Notes: generated by a model not told the origin, from the letters alone. A stretch of DNA of 64,000 nucleotides from a virus (IMGVR_UViG_3300044472_000055:1-64000), one strand, 5' to 3'. Positions 37,414-47,501 are shown, numbered from the stretch's first letter. Made by a program: numbers and translations.

Positions 37414-37977
37414 ATGCACCTGCAAGACACTCCCATGTGGTACGCCCGACCCATGTCGCTACTACTCTTCCTGTGGGCTCTCGTCGGCACCGACGCCATC
37501 TACGCCAATAACGTGCATGCCCTCGTGCCGCACATCGATCGCTCTGTCGTCGATGATCACGTGCGTGCCGCACGCCTCGCCGCCACAGAGCATGGCTTCG
37601 ATGTGGAGCTGCTCCTTGCTGTCGCGTACGTCGAAAGCCGCTTCGAGGGGAATGCCATCGGCCGCATGGAGGATGGGCGTCGTCGTGGTGGGGCGTGGAT
37701 CCACGAACACGCGCCTGGCACCGGTCCTCGTTTCTGCGGCGTCATGCAGGTGGGCACGCGTCACGATTGGAAGGCTTGCGCCGCCCTGCGAGACCTGACG
37801 GCGGGCTATGCGGCGGGGGCTCGCCTGCTCAAAGACTGGCTCAAGCTCAGCCGTGGCGACGTCTCAGACGCGTTGAACGGGTACGGTTGCGGGATGTGGG
37901 GGCTCAAGAACGGCTGCAAGCGTTACGCGAACCGCGTACTGGCCTACAGGCGCCACATCGCACGTACATCGAGCTGA
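37414..37977 (+). CDS. SLT-domain lytic transglycosylase with signal/TM segment
   Basis: LLLAVAYVESRF, GVMQV, AGARLL, ALNGY. Confidence 0.85.
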   Translation: MHLQDTPMWYARPMSLLLFLWALVGTDAIYANNVHALVPHIDRSVVDDHVRAARLAATEHGFDVELLLAVAYVESRFEGNAIGRMEDGRRRGGAWIHEHAPGTGPRFCGVMQVGTRHDWKACAALRDLTAGYAAGARLLKDWLKLSRGDVSDALNGYGCGMWGLKNGCKRYANRVLAYRRHIARTSS

Positions 37978-38011
37978 TCACGTTCCCCGGCTTGAGGTCG
38001 CGATCGGCAAC

Positions 38012-38032
38012 GTCAGCCCCAGCGCCTAAGGT
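38012..38032 (+). promoter_or_regulatory. representative copy of the GTCAGCCCCAGCG-NN-TAnnnT promoter (12 copies in the window)
   Basis: Other copies start at 4672, 17700, 18802, 20239, 24150, 37397, 52125, 60380 (-) and 35220, 41502, 55797 (+). Confidence 0.8.
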
Positions 38033-38039
38033 CGAGCCC

Positions 38040-38285
38040 ATGGCCCACAACCTCGAACCTACTTCGTTCCAACTCACCATCGTGTCGCAAAGCCCTGCAG
38101 TCGATGACCTGAGCGTCATGTTCGACCGCATCTTCGTACCGCCCGCTGATCACGCTATGCCATGGCAAGCGCAGATGATGGTTGCTGTGCGTGCGAAGAC
38201 GCCTGCCGATACCAAGGCGCTTCTCGTCAGGCGGCTACGCGAAGTGGCCGACGACATCGAGCATGCGGAGATCGTGGGCCCATGA
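38040..38285 (+). CDS. hypothetical protein
   Basis: Motif promoter with TAAGGT-N7-ATG. Confidence 0.6.
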   Translation: MAHNLEPTSFQLTIVSQSPAVDDLSVMFDRIFVPPADHAMPWQAQMMVAVRAKTPADTKALLVRRLREVADDIEHAEIVGP

Positions 38286-38575
38286 GCGCCAAAGAAGCGA
38301 ACGACCTCTACAAGCGCCTCGTCCGTGAGGCAGCAGCTGCCAAGAACATCCCCACTGAAAAGATCGCGATCATTGAATGGGGCATCGATGAGGTCGTCGC
38401 GATTCAAGGGCTGCCGATCGACAAAAGCAGCAAGCGCATCCTCGAAGTTGCCGTAGCGATCGAAGCCTTACGGCGCGCAACAGGACTGTCCCACATCACG
38501 TACGAAGATGTTCGCGAACACATCCTCAACGGGCGCTTTACGTTCTTGAGCCCATTCGTCGACGAGAAGGCATAG
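38282..38575 (+). CDS. hypothetical protein
   Basis: ATGA coupling. Confidence 0.6.
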   Translation: MSAKEANDLYKRLVREAAAAKNIPTEKIAIIEWGIDEVVAIQGLPIDKSSKRILEVAVAIEALRRATGLSHITYEDVREHILNGRFTFLSPFVDEKA

Positions 38576-38582
38576 CCTCCCG

Positions 38583-38618
38583 AAAACGGCGAAAGCCGCC
38601 CGAAGGCGGCTCTCGTTG
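38583..38618 (-). terminator. intrinsic terminator after the candidate major capsid gene
   Basis: GAGAGCCGCC-TTCG-GGCGGCTTTC hairpin followed by TTTT. Confidence 0.75.
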
Positions 38619-38650
38619 ACGAACCAGCGCGTTTCGCGCTGCGTGACTGC

Positions 38651-39358
38651 TTAGGTCACGTTACGGCGGACGAGGCCGTAGAGGTACGTCTTGCAGTCGG
38701 CGAACGTGAGGGCGGTCGAGCCGTCCGACGCAACCTGGTTGATCACCAGGGCGGCTTCGGGCGAGAACGCCATCTTGTAGCCGAGGTTCTCGCGCAGCCA
38801 GATCGGCAGCACGAGCGCGTTGCGATCACGCGGCGACGGGACGCCGTTCTGCGCCAGCTCGAAGTTCGAGTTGGTCGAGAACACGTTGAAGCCGTGACCC
38901 TGCGGGTAGTCCTGCATCACGCCGAACGTGTAGCGCTTCGCGTTGTACTCGAAGAACAGGAACGTCACGCGGTCGATGTTGAACAGCGTGCGGAGCGTCG
39001 GCGGATCCGACAGCGCGCCCGAGCCGTCCGCGAGGACCGGCTGCGACGCACCCGTCGCCGGGCGACACGCACGCGTGATCTTCACGCCGATGCCGTAGAT
39101 GTACATCTCCCACGACATCGGGAGACCCGTGTCACCGTTGCGGGGGACGTTCGTATCCACGTTCGTCATCGTGCGCGTGCCACCGGGGATCTGCTGCGAG
39201 CGACCGGCGGTGAACGCCTCGACCGGCGTGGTCTGGCCGTTCGCGAACTGCACCGTCGAGTACAGCTTGTCGTCGATCCAGTCCTCGATCGCGATCGTCT
39301 GACCGCTCGGGAGCGTGAGAGTGGAAGTACCAGGAGCAACACCAACAGTTCCAGCCAT
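38651..39358 (-). CDS. candidate major capsid protein, single jelly-roll type
   Basis: LYSTVQF...AF...T.VDTNV...GLP..WEMYIYGIGV...LVLPIWLREN...YLYG beta pattern; strong codon bias, AAGGA SD and its own UUCG terminator. Confidence 0.55.
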   Translation of the reverse strand: MAGTVGVAPGTSTLTLPSGQTIAIEDWIDDKLYSTVQFANGQTTPVEAFTAGRSQQIPGGTRTMTNVDTNVPRNGDTGLPMSWEMYIYGIGVKITRACRPATGASQPVLADGSGALSDPPTLRTLFNIDRVTFLFFEYNAKRYTFGVMQDYPQGHGFNVFSTNSNFELAQNGVPSPRDRNALVLPIWLRENLGYKMAFSPEAALVINQVASDGSTALTFADCKTYLYGLVRRNVT

Positions 39359-39467
39359 TGTCTTTTCCTTGCGAGGGTTGTCGTTTTGCTCTTGGTCGGG
39401 GTCGTCCCCAGTCCGCGAGCGGTGATGGAATCAAGGCGCGATCACCGCGCCGGGAAGAGAGTGAGGG

Positions 39468-40085
39468 TTAGCGACCGCCGCCGAGCAGCGTGGCACCGTA
39501 CGAAGCCGAGAGGCCGTGGACCTGCGGACCGCCCATGCCGAGCAGCTGCGCCGCCATCGGACCCGGGTTGCCGAGCAGGCTCACCGGAGGACCGGAGAGG
39601 TGGCCAGCCATGCCGACCTGGTTGCCGGCGACACCCGGGATCGTGCCGACGGGCGGACGAACCTGGTTGATCGACGGAACACCGAGGCTGACACCACTGA
39701 GCGAGCGGATCTGCGGCATGCCGAGACCACCGTTCAGATCACGGATCTGCGGGATGCCCATGCCCGAGACGCCTGCTGCGGCCTTGCCGCCGAAGAGCAG
39801 CCCCTCGACCCAGCGGAGACCCGCTGCGATGAGTGCACCGAACGCAACGCCCGCCGCCGCATGACGCGTCGACTTCATCGCGTAGAAGGTGCCGGCGGTC
39901 GCGAGACCGAGACCGAGACCGATCAGCTCGCGGTGCTTCGCCTGCGACGTATGAGCCGCCGCGAGCGAACCAACGAACGAGACGCCACCACCGATGAGAG
40001 CACCAGTGAGAGGGGAGATGCCGCCACCGAAGTCGCTGAGACCGAGGAGGTCGACCTTGCCGAGCATGCCGCGCTTACGAGCCAT
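39468..40085 (-). CDS. Gly-rich multi-TM virion membrane protein
   Basis: 3 hydrophobic segments; repeated G(M/L)G.PQIR; upstream of the capsid candidate. Confidence 0.7.
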   Translation of the reverse strand: MARKRGMLGKVDLLGLSDFGGGISPLTGALIGGGVSFVGSLAAAHTSQAKHRELIGLGLGLATAGTFYAMKSTRHAAAGVAFGALIAAGLRWVEGLLFGGKAAAGVSGMGIPQIRDLNGGLGMPQIRSLSGVSLGVPSINQVRPPVGTIPGVAGNQVGMAGHLSGPPVSLLGNPGPMAAQLLGMGGPQVHGLSASYGATLLGGGR

Positions 40086-40112
40086 TTTCTTGTTCTCCGT
40101 TGAGGAAGGGGG

Positions 40113-40298
40113 TTATCGGCGGCAGAGCCCGTGAAGGTCCTTCTTGAAGGCCTTACCGCTTCGAGATTGCGAGCGAGGAACGGTGCAGAGGAGGACGGAC
40201 TTCTTCGTGCGCGGGTTGTAGACGCACTTGCATTCGTCCGTTGCGCCGAGCGAGCGGCGCTCCTTGGCCGAACCGGCGAGCGTCATGATCTGCGCCAT
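40113..40298 (-). CDS. small basic Cys-containing protein
   Basis: In the capsid operon; K/R-rich. Confidence 0.6.
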   Translation of the reverse strand: MAQIMTLAGSAKERRSLGATDECKCVYNPRTKKSVLLCTVPRSQSRSGKAFKKDLHGLCRR

Positions 40299-40301
40299 GC
40301 G

Positions 40302-40769
40302 TTAGCCCGCCCAGTAGAGGGACGCCGCGCGACGCGCCGCCATCACATCCGCTGCCTCGCGGATCGTGTAGTCACGGCGCATGCCGGGGTTGCCGACGAG
40401 CATGAACACGGCCTTCGCACGACCCGCCATCTCGGGCGAGAGCACGCCTGCGGCTGCAGACGCCGTCGGGCCTGGGGCCTGCGCGATCGGCGGGCCCGAC
40501 ACCGGAGCCGCCGACGCCATGAACTTCGCCGCCTTCTTTGCCGCGATGCGCGCCTTGAGCGTCGCCCACCACTGCGAGAGACGACCACCGCTCGCGCCGA
40601 GACCGGACAGCTGCATGCCACTCGGGGGACCGAGTGTGAATGCGGCAGCAACGGCCTGCACGTCTGCCTGCGGCTGATAGCCGACGATCGACGTGAGGAC
40701 GCCCGTGCGATAAACGCGATCGGGCCGAACAACGTGCGCTTCGCCGCCGTGACGCAGGATGGTTGTCAT
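40302..40769 (-). CDS. putative virion protein
   Basis: In the capsid operon; contains LSGLG. Confidence 0.65.
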   Translation of the reverse strand: MTTILRHGGEAHVVRPDRVYRTGVLTSIVGYQPQADVQAVAAAFTLGPPSGMQLSGLGASGGRLSQWWATLKARIAAKKAAKFMASAAPVSGPPIAQAPGPTASAAAGVLSPEMAGRAKAVFMLVGNPGMRRDYTIREAADVMAARRAASLYWAG

Positions 40770-40962
40770 GGAAAGAACGATGCACCACGTAGGCATTGTT
40801 CGTCAACGATTCTAAATACTTAGACACTACAGCGAAGATCGACACCTGCAAGATCCTGATTAGTAACCAACTGGCGATCTGCCGAATTGATCAATTCAGA
40901 TCAGGAAGTGCTAGTGTCTTCGCAGAGCTGGGGGCAGCTCGAACCGAAATCGCTGCCCATCT

Positions 40963-41502
40963 ATGCTCATCGTCTCCCCTTCAACCGCATCTGCTCTCGC
41001 GCCACACGCGGCCGAGCGATCGTGGGTGATGTTCGTGCAGGTCAATCCGCCCGGCGGCGGACAGGGACCGATCAAGATCGAAGCGGTGAAGGGATCGCAG
41101 ATCGGTACACGCCTCGCGACACTCGCGCGCGAGAACGCCTTCGATCCGATGCTCATCGGTTTGATCGAATCACCGACGCCACTCGAACACGCACAAGCGA
41201 TCATCGAGCAGTACGCCGCTGGCCATCTTCATCACGATTGGTACGCGCCGAGCGCAGATCTGCTCGCATACATTCAACACGTCGCTCAAGGTCCGATCCA
41301 AGCGCTACTCGCTGAAACGCATCCTGGCGGACTCTCCGAGGAGAGCGTCGAGATCGAAGAGATGGCCGACATCCTCAACGTGTCGGTGCCGACAGTGCGC
41401 CGCATGATCAAACAAGAGGTCATTCCGTACCTCAAGTTCGGCCGCATCTACCGCTTCGTTCCTGCCGACGTCATCGCCTCGCTTGCTCGACGAACACGAT
41501 AG
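40963..41502 (+). CDS. T5orf172/GIY-YIG-like N-terminus fused to excisionase-type HTH
   Basis: FVQ...GPIKI...HDWY; EEMADILNVSVPTVRRMIK..IPYLKFGRIYRF. Confidence 0.7.
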   Translation: MLIVSPSTASALAPHAAERSWVMFVQVNPPGGGQGPIKIEAVKGSQIGTRLATLARENAFDPMLIGLIESPTPLEHAQAIIEQYAAGHLHHDWYAPSADLLAYIQHVAQGPIQALLAETHPGGLSEESVEIEEMADILNVSVPTVRRMIKQEVIPYLKFGRIYRFVPADVIASLARRTR

Positions 41503-41532
41503 TCAGCCCCGGCGAGTAGTCTCAGAAGCACG

Positions 41533-41844
41533 ATGAATATTCGGCTCTGCGACTACTGCATGAAAGCCATCAACGAGAACGACACGTTGATGATCACGGT
41601 GAGCATCACGCCCAAGCTAGTGCGTGGTTTCGGCGGCGGTGTCCTCGATGCTCCATTCAATAGTGTCGACGTCGTTCCGCTCCCGTTTCCCATGCCGCTG
41701 TCACGAACCGAGAGCAAGCATTTCGATATGTGTATCGAGTGCGCTAAAGGCAAAGGGCTCGTCGAGACCGAGACGACAGTGAAAGCTATCGTTGGGCAGC
41801 TCACTCCCGAGGAGATCGAGAAGATCGAAAAAGGCACGTTCTGA
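41533..41844 (+). CDS. Zn-finger protein
   Basis: CDYC...DMCIEC; motif promoter upstream. Confidence 0.65.
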   Translation: MNIRLCDYCMKAINENDTLMITVSITPKLVRGFGGGVLDAPFNSVDVVPLPFPMPLSRTESKHFDMCIECAKGKGLVETETTVKAIVGQLTPEEIEKIEKGTF

Positions 41845-41856
41845 TAGGCTGCGGGC

Positions 41857-42138
41857 GTGAGCTGCAAGCACAACAACGTCGTCGCCGTGTTCACGCAAAG
41901 TGCAATCTGCGTCGATTGTGGGACGCCTGTGTGCCGCATTTGTCGAGGACAAACCGCGAAACCGACTTTGCCCTCGAATGAGATCTGCAACGTGTTTTCG
42001 TGGCAACACGCCCTCGAAACGAACACATGGCAGGGGCGTGCACTCAGCTACGAAGATGCGGCGCGTGCCTTGGGCAGCGCGCAGCTTCTATGCCGATACC
42101 GATCCCGTGATCTACGGGACGTGCTCGTCAACAATTGA
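41857..42138 (+). CDS. Cys-rich hypothetical protein
   Basis: CVDC, CRIC; TAGGCT-N6-GTG. Confidence 0.55.
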   Translation: MSCKHNNVVAVFTQSAICVDCGTPVCRICRGQTAKPTLPSNEICNVFSWQHALETNTWQGRALSYEDAARALGSAQLLCRYRSRDLRDVLVNN

Positions 42139-42222
42139 CCGGCTAGCAGGCCTTCTGCTATAGCCGGTGTAACAGAGTTACTTGGGTGTCCCAAGGACTA
42201 CTACAAAGGGAAAGGGAAGAAG

Positions 42223-43089
42223 ATGAGGACAATTTTGAACTGTTTGGTACTCGCATACGCTCTGCTGGCAACGACTACGGTGGCGCATGCCACGGATGTT
42301 CCTGCGTACCGCACGCACGTAACTGCCGTCGGAAACAGTCCGACGGTGCAGATTGCTGCAGAAGCCGGTGACCTGATCGTCGTGCTCGGGATGTACAACG
42401 GTCACCTGACCAGTAGCCAGCTGCCGCAGATGTTCTCGTACAGCGACGGCGCGGGTGGGGCCTACAACGATCCGTACTGCGGTGCGCAGTGGAACCAGGG
42501 CCAGGTCTTCGTTCCAGCCGGCCACGGTAAGCCCGGTAGCGGCACGTGGTACTACACGTACGCGAAGTGGCACGCCAAGATGCGGACGCAACTCGTATCG
42601 TCGACGGGAACGCTGACGATTTCGGTGAACACCAGTGGTCGTATCGGCACCGTCGCGGTCATCGCAATCAGCGGCCTGACGGCAATCAATGGCTACCCGC
42701 CGATCAACGGCTGCGGCACGCTCAACACGCAACTTGCGACCGTACGTCAGGTGAAGGCGAACCTGTACTGCGCAAACTGCGGCAACGTGAATCCGATCCT
42801 CGCCGGAACAACGCCGCTGGTCCCCAAGAGCACGACCACGCAGCAGCAGGCGTTCCTGTCGTCGAGCCTGATCATTGCTGTCGCAATGAATGACGAAGCA
42901 GCGCCATCGCCGGCTGCACCGTCAGGATGGACGCAGCGCTTCACTGTCGGGACTACGGCCAACTCCGATACCTTCGGAATGACCGTATCGACAAGGGACG
43001 CCGGATTCTCCGGCACCACCGTCACATGGTCATCGACCACGCCGACGGATGGCAACGCAGCTGCGATCGAAATCCAAGCGATCCAGTAA
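42223..43089 (+). CDS. exported beta-rich protein
   Basis: Sec signal peptide ending VAHA; AGDLIVV and PSGWT motifs. Confidence 0.75.
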   Translation: MRTILNCLVLAYALLATTTVAHATDVPAYRTHVTAVGNSPTVQIAAEAGDLIVVLGMYNGHLTSSQLPQMFSYSDGAGGAYNDPYCGAQWNQGQVFVPAGHGKPGSGTWYYTYAKWHAKMRTQLVSSTGTLTISVNTSGRIGTVAVIAISGLTAINGYPPINGCGTLNTQLATVRQVKANLYCANCGNVNPILAGTTPLVPKSTTTQQQAFLSSSLIIAVAMNDEAAPSPAAPSGWTQRFTVGTTANSDTFGMTVSTRDAGFSGTTVTWSSTTPTDGNAAAIEIQAIQ

Positions 43090-43092
43090 GGA

Positions 43093-43668
43093 TCAGCGGC
43101 GACCGCAGCGGCCGACGACCTTGGTGCTCTTCGCGCCTCGGGTCATGCCCTTGGCCCACTCGATCGCCAGCTCTTTCGACGGAGCCTCGATACAGAGGCT
43201 CTGCGAGCCCTTGAGCTTGCGATGCCGCACCGACACGCGGTAACCCGCGAGCCCGTTCATCGCCGAGGGCGGGGGCGTCTTCGACAGCTTCTTGCGGATC
43301 GTGCCTGCTGCGAGTAGGCCGGCACCGACGAGAACAGCGCCGACGATCCACTTGCCGTAGCCCTTGGCCACGCTCTTCGCGTTCGTCACGATGCGCACGG
43401 GCAGCGGGCCATCATCGAGTGCCTGTAGCACTGGAATGAGGTCGTCTTCGGTCTTGTCGAAGGCTGCCGCATACGCAACTGATTCATCCGCGACGGCTTC
43501 GTTGTACGCCTCTTCGAGAAGCTCACGATTGCCGAACGGAATCGTCTCTGCATTGACACCGCTCGGGCCGAACGTCACCAGGACGTAGGTCCAGTCGGAG
43601 TTGTGCGAGCGCCGTGCGGCCTCGGTCTTGTAGTCGAAAGCTTCGCCGAGCGAACGAATGTTCATCAT
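43093..43668 (-). CDS. membrane protein with basic C-terminal domain
   Basis: Internal TM WIVGAVLVGAGLLAA; MNGLAG precedes the basic tail. Confidence 0.7.
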   Translation of the reverse strand: MMNIRSLGEAFDYKTEAARRSHNSDWTYVLVTFGPSGVNAETIPFGNRELLEEAYNEAVADESVAYAAAFDKTEDDLIPVLQALDDGPLPVRIVTNAKSVAKGYGKWIVGAVLVGAGLLAAGTIRKKLSKTPPPSAMNGLAGYRVSVRHRKLKGSQSLCIEAPSKELAIEWAKGMTRGAKSTKVVGRCGRR

Positions 43669-43862
43669 CGCAGCACCTTCCCGATGATCACGAGTGCGCC
43701 AATTCCGAGGACGCCGACGGCACTGAGCGCGATCGGCTTGCGGTTACGCCACCACCACGAATCGAACGGGTTGTTCGTCAGGAGGTCGGGCAGATCGACA
43801 AGTCCGAAGGGGCGCGGCCCCCAGAGCTGATCGGCCATCGTATGTTGACGCATGAGCATCAT
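43665..43862 (-). CDS. small tail-anchored membrane protein
   Basis: WWWRNRK followed by TM. Confidence 0.65.
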   Translation of the reverse strand: MMLMRQHTMADQLWGPRPFGLVDLPDLLTNNPFDSWWWRNRKPIALSAVGVLGIGALVIIGKVLR

Positions 43863-43868
43863 GGCTCG

Positions 43869-44261
43869 TTACTTCTTCACCTTCCGCTTGCCGAAGCCCT
43901 GCGAGAAGGCGACGACCGGCGTCACGATGGGTGCGATGCTACCGAAGAAGCCCCACACGAGAGCCCAACCGATGGACTCGTTACGCTTGTAGCCATGATA
44001 CGTGCTGAGCGCGCCCGACACGATGCTGAGCGCCGCCCAGATCTTCGACGCCACGCTCGACTCCCCGAGGCCGTTCAAGCCGTTCATGCCCGAGAAGTAC
44101 GGCCCGAGAGGCTGCACCGTCGTCTGGAAGACGCCCTCAGGGAACTTCACGAATGGGTTGATCTTCGGATTGACGGCAGGATCCATCGAGAACTGCCACG
44201 ACGGGATCAGTCCGAGACCTGCGATACCCGCCGGCTTGGCGGAGTTGCGTGCGATCATCAT
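43869..44261 (-). CDS. small membrane protein (YHGYKRN family)
   Basis: Paralogue of 44265-44666. Confidence 0.7.
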   Translation of the reverse strand: MMIARNSAKPAGIAGLGLIPSWQFSMDPAVNPKINPFVKFPEGVFQTTVQPLGPYFSGMNGLNGLGESSVASKIWAALSIVSGALSTYHGYKRNESIGWALVWGFFGSIAPIVTPVVAFSQGFGKRKVKK

Positions 44262-44264
44262 GTG

Positions 44265-44666
44265 CTATTTCTCCTCGGCAAAGCCTTGCGCGACCATGAT
44301 CGCGCTGGTGAACACGGGGAAGACGGTTCCACAGGCGAACCAAATCATCCCCCACAAGATTGAAGTGTTGCGGCGATAGCCGTGGTACGCGGCGAACGCT
44401 GCTGCAGTGAGTGTGAGTGCACCCTTGATCTGCGAGCCGCTGAGCTTGCCTGCCGTATCGATCCACGACAACGCACCCGCGACCGCCGATGCTGCAACGC
44501 CACGCTCGATGAGCCGTTGTGCGGCTTCGGTACGTTCGGCGCCGTACACCTGAAGGAACGGCACGATCTCCGTGCTCGTTGGCTTCGGCGTCTTGAGCAG
44601 GAAAGCGTCGACGGCGCGATCGAGATCATCGCCGGTCGCGCCGAGGCTGAAGACATGCGCGTTCAT
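44265..44666 (-). CDS. small membrane protein (YHGYRRN family)
   Basis: Shared YHGY.RN.SI.W...W...P......QGF. Confidence 0.7.
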   Translation of the reverse strand: MNAHVFSLGATGDDLDRAVDAFLLKTPKPTSTEIVPFLQVYGAERTEAAQRLIERGVAASAVAGALSWIDTAGKLSGSQIKGALTLTAAAFAAYHGYRRNTSILWGMIWFACGTVFPVFTSAIMVAQGFAEEK

Positions 44667-44668
44667 CG

Positions 44669-45373
44669 TTACGCCGGGAAGTCCAGGGTGTCAGCCGCAG
44701 GAACCTCGACACCGAACTTGTCGTTGCCCGGTAGTGTCGTATCGAGCGCGATGAACTTCTCGCCGCCGAACTTCGGCAGGAGCGCGCCCGGATAGATGTG
44801 GCTCCAGTCGTCCCGCTTGCGCTCCTTCATCACACGCAGGCGTGGCGTGATGCCGTTGAGCGCGAGCAGCGTCGCCGTCAGAATCGACTGGTCGTCGCAG
44901 TCGCCGCCGCCGAATTCGAGCGTGCGAGAGCCCATCTGGTAGAGGTCGACACCTTCGACAGTGCCGTCCTCCCACGCGATCGGCGCGATGTCGCCCGTGT
45001 AGCGGACATTCTGCTTCACGTAGTCGTAGATCGCCTTCGCTTCGCAAAGGCCGTCACGCTCCGGGCAGTTACGCGTGATGTCGAGCGCGAGCTTGCGCAT
45101 GCGCCCGTCCTGCACACCCTCGCGAACGTAGCGCTGGATCGTCGCCAGTCGCTGCTCGATCGGCATGTCGTCCGCCTTGCGCAGCTGCGTGCGAAATCCG
45201 CCCGCGTTGCGCTCGCTGATGACGGGCGCTTCAGGTACCTGCTTCAGCGAGAGTCGGCCGAGTGCGCCTTGCTTTTGCTGGCGTCGAAAGAGGATCGCAC
45301 CACCGATGACCAAGCCCACGCCAGTGAGGCCGGTGAGCAACATAAGGCGATTGGTCTGCACGCCTGTCAGCAT
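44669..45373 (-). CDS. membrane-anchored transglutaminase-like cysteine protease
   Basis: GGGDCDDQSIL (Cys), WSHIYP (His), ALDTT (Asp); N-terminal TM. Confidence 0.85.
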   Translation of the reverse strand: MLTGVQTNRLMLLTGLTGVGLVIGGAILFRRQQKQGALGRLSLKQVPEAPVISERNAGGFRTQLRKADDMPIEQRLATIQRYVREGVQDGRMRKLALDITRNCPERDGLCEAKAIYDYVKQNVRYTGDIAPIAWEDGTVEGVDLYQMGSRTLEFGGGDCDDQSILTATLLALNGITPRLRVMKERKRDDWSHIYPGALLPKFGGEKFIALDTTLPGNDKFGVEVPAADTLDFPA

Positions 45374-45396
45374 ACACGAAGTGATAGGCTGACTCT

Positions 45397-47043
45397 GTGC
45401 TGACCTTCGGTCGTAAATTCTTCGGACTCGGTGCATTGGCACCTACGCGCTCCACGGAGCCCAGCAAAACATCGCTCTTTACGACGACAACGCCAACCAA
45501 TACGACTCCAGTGCCAGTCGTTGGCATGTGTACACCAGATGGAAAGTACATTTGGAGTGGCAGCGGTTGGGCAGCAAAGCGCGCCGCCCAAACGTGTCAG
45601 GGCACGTTTGATCCGAACATCAAGGTGCCCGCACCGACGGCTGCTCCGAGCTATTCGTGCTCGCCCGATGGATTGGAGTACGTCTACGACGGTGCTGCAG
45701 GCGTGTGGCAACCGACAGGCCGCACGTGCACGCCGACGGCAACCCCGACGACACCGCCAGCATCGGTGAACACGCCGACGAATCCGTACAGCGCAACGAA
45801 CCTGCCGACGAGCAGCGGTGGCGGCATCACGGTCACCGAACGTCCAAGCCTGCGCACGGTTCTTGGGAAGCGAGACGCGCTTGTCTCGAAACTCAACATC
45901 GATGCGATCGCGGAATTGATCGCGCTCGCACCGACTCTACCCGCGTGCCCAGAATCGTCTCTCGGTACCGACGGAGATTGCTACAGCCAGACACCACATC
46001 CTTCGCTTCCTTCGATGACCTTGCCGCCAGGTTCATTCGAATACTTCGGCGTGGTGTTCCACGTCAGCGAGATTCAGGCGGGCGGACGGTTCGAGAAGAA
46101 CTTCTTCGTGCCCGACGCGAATCAGAAGCTGCTGATGGATGCCGCGCTCCTCGAAGCTTCACATCGAGTCTACGCGAGCTACGACGACATCTCATTTTCG
46201 GTGAAGGCTGCATCACAGAATCGACCGGATGATTTCCGGACGGCTGTGGATGGCTTCGCGCTCAATCCCGTGCAGCCCACTGAGGAGGAGATGACTACGG
46301 GTGGCGGCTACGCACGGTGGCGGGCTCGTGGCGGATACCCCCTCTCGTTGGAGATTCTGCGTGGAGCAAAGCGCGTCAATGAAACTGGCGTGAGCTTTCC
46401 AATCTGCGCGTCCATCAAATGCGCGTGTCCCCAGGACAACGCGAAATACGATGCATGGCGCGGCGTCGGGTACATCGCGCCCGACCAGCAAGTCGTGCAG
46501 TGGCCTCGCTGCATTGGCGGTGTGATCTCAGCCAAAGGGCTTCAGACAGGCATCGGCACGGACCCGATCAGCTGGGACGTGTTCATCGCGATCGACGAGT
46601 CCAACCCGTCGCAGTACTCGATGCACCTCGTCGCGCAAAAAGACAGCTGGGTGGAAAAGGTCGGCGAGTTCATGGCCGAACAGCTGCAGAAACTGGCCGG
46701 TGTGTTCTGCGCGGCCGCGCCCTCGGTCAAGGAGCAGCTCACGACAAGCGTCTCCGAGAAGTGCGTCGACAAGCAGCAGAAGTCTTGTACGAAAGGCGCG
46801 CCTGGCTGCACATGCGTGAAGCCGACAACGTCGGCGCAGGTTGGTGTTCACGCGTTCAACGCGTGGGCATCGTATTGGTGCGGCGCATGGATGCAGGAAA
46901 ATACGGCCCCCATGCACGAGGAGCCGATGCCGCAGGTACCGCCTGAAATGCAAGCTGCGCCTTCGATGCCATGGTGGCAGTGGGGCCTTGTCGCCGCTGG
47001 TGGCGTTGGTGTCGGCGCCATGCTCTTCAATCGGAGGAAGTGA
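45397..47043 (+). CDS. large Cys-rich protein with Pro/Thr linkers and C-terminal TM
   Basis: Two C.PDG..Y repeats; many Cys; PWWQW followed by TM. Confidence 0.75.
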   Translation: MLTFGRKFFGLGALAPTRSTEPSKTSLFTTTTPTNTTPVPVVGMCTPDGKYIWSGSGWAAKRAAQTCQGTFDPNIKVPAPTAAPSYSCSPDGLEYVYDGAAGVWQPTGRTCTPTATPTTPPASVNTPTNPYSATNLPTSSGGGITVTERPSLRTVLGKRDALVSKLNIDAIAELIALAPTLPACPESSLGTDGDCYSQTPHPSLPSMTLPPGSFEYFGVVFHVSEIQAGGRFEKNFFVPDANQKLLMDAALLEASHRVYASYDDISFSVKAASQNRPDDFRTAVDGFALNPVQPTEEEMTTGGGYARWRARGGYPLSLEILRGAKRVNETGVSFPICASIKCACPQDNAKYDAWRGVGYIAPDQQVVQWPRCIGGVISAKGLQTGIGTDPISWDVFIAIDESNPSQYSMHLVAQKDSWVEKVGEFMAEQLQKLAGVFCAAAPSVKEQLTTSVSEKCVDKQQKSCTKGAPGCTCVKPTTSAQVGVHAFNAWASYWCGAWMQENTAPMHEEPMPQVPPEMQAAPSMPWWQWGLVAAGGVGVGAMLFNRRK

Positions 47044-47501
47044 TGTTGACTGCTGTGGTGCTGCCGACAACGTTCGTGCAGAAACGAGCAACAGATGCAC
47101 TCGCACCGAACGTCGGAGACCGAGCGGCACTGCTAGTGGCAACGCCGACGCCGACACCAGTGGCGACGCCGACGGCATCGAGCCTGAAGTGGTGGCACTG
47201 GGCAGCTGTGATCGGTGGTGGCGCCATTCTCGGGGCATTCCTGCTTCCTCGCAGAACGATGCTCGCCGGCACGTCCATGCTGACAACGATTGCCCAGGAA
47301 GCGCGATCGCCTGAAGAATTCGCGCGTCGCGCGGAAGCATGGAACGCGGCCGAAGCACAGCCTTTGTCGATCACGCGTCTCGTGAAGGCGTATCGTGGCG
47401 CAAGCCCGGGAACGACAGCACGCCTGATCCGTGAAGCCCGTGAAGCACGTCTCGTGAAGCGCGAGCGGCTGTGGTCGGGTATGTCTAAGGGCTTGCGATA
47501 G
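47043..47501 (+). CDS. membrane protein
   Basis: KWWHW plus TM; coupled to the upstream stop. Confidence 0.6.
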   Translation: MLTAVVLPTTFVQKRATDALAPNVGDRAALLVATPTPTPVATPTASSLKWWHWAAVIGGGAILGAFLLPRRTMLAGTSMLTTIAQEARSPEEFARRAEAWNAAEAQPLSITRLVKAYRGASPGTTARLIREAREARLVKRERLWSGMSKGLR

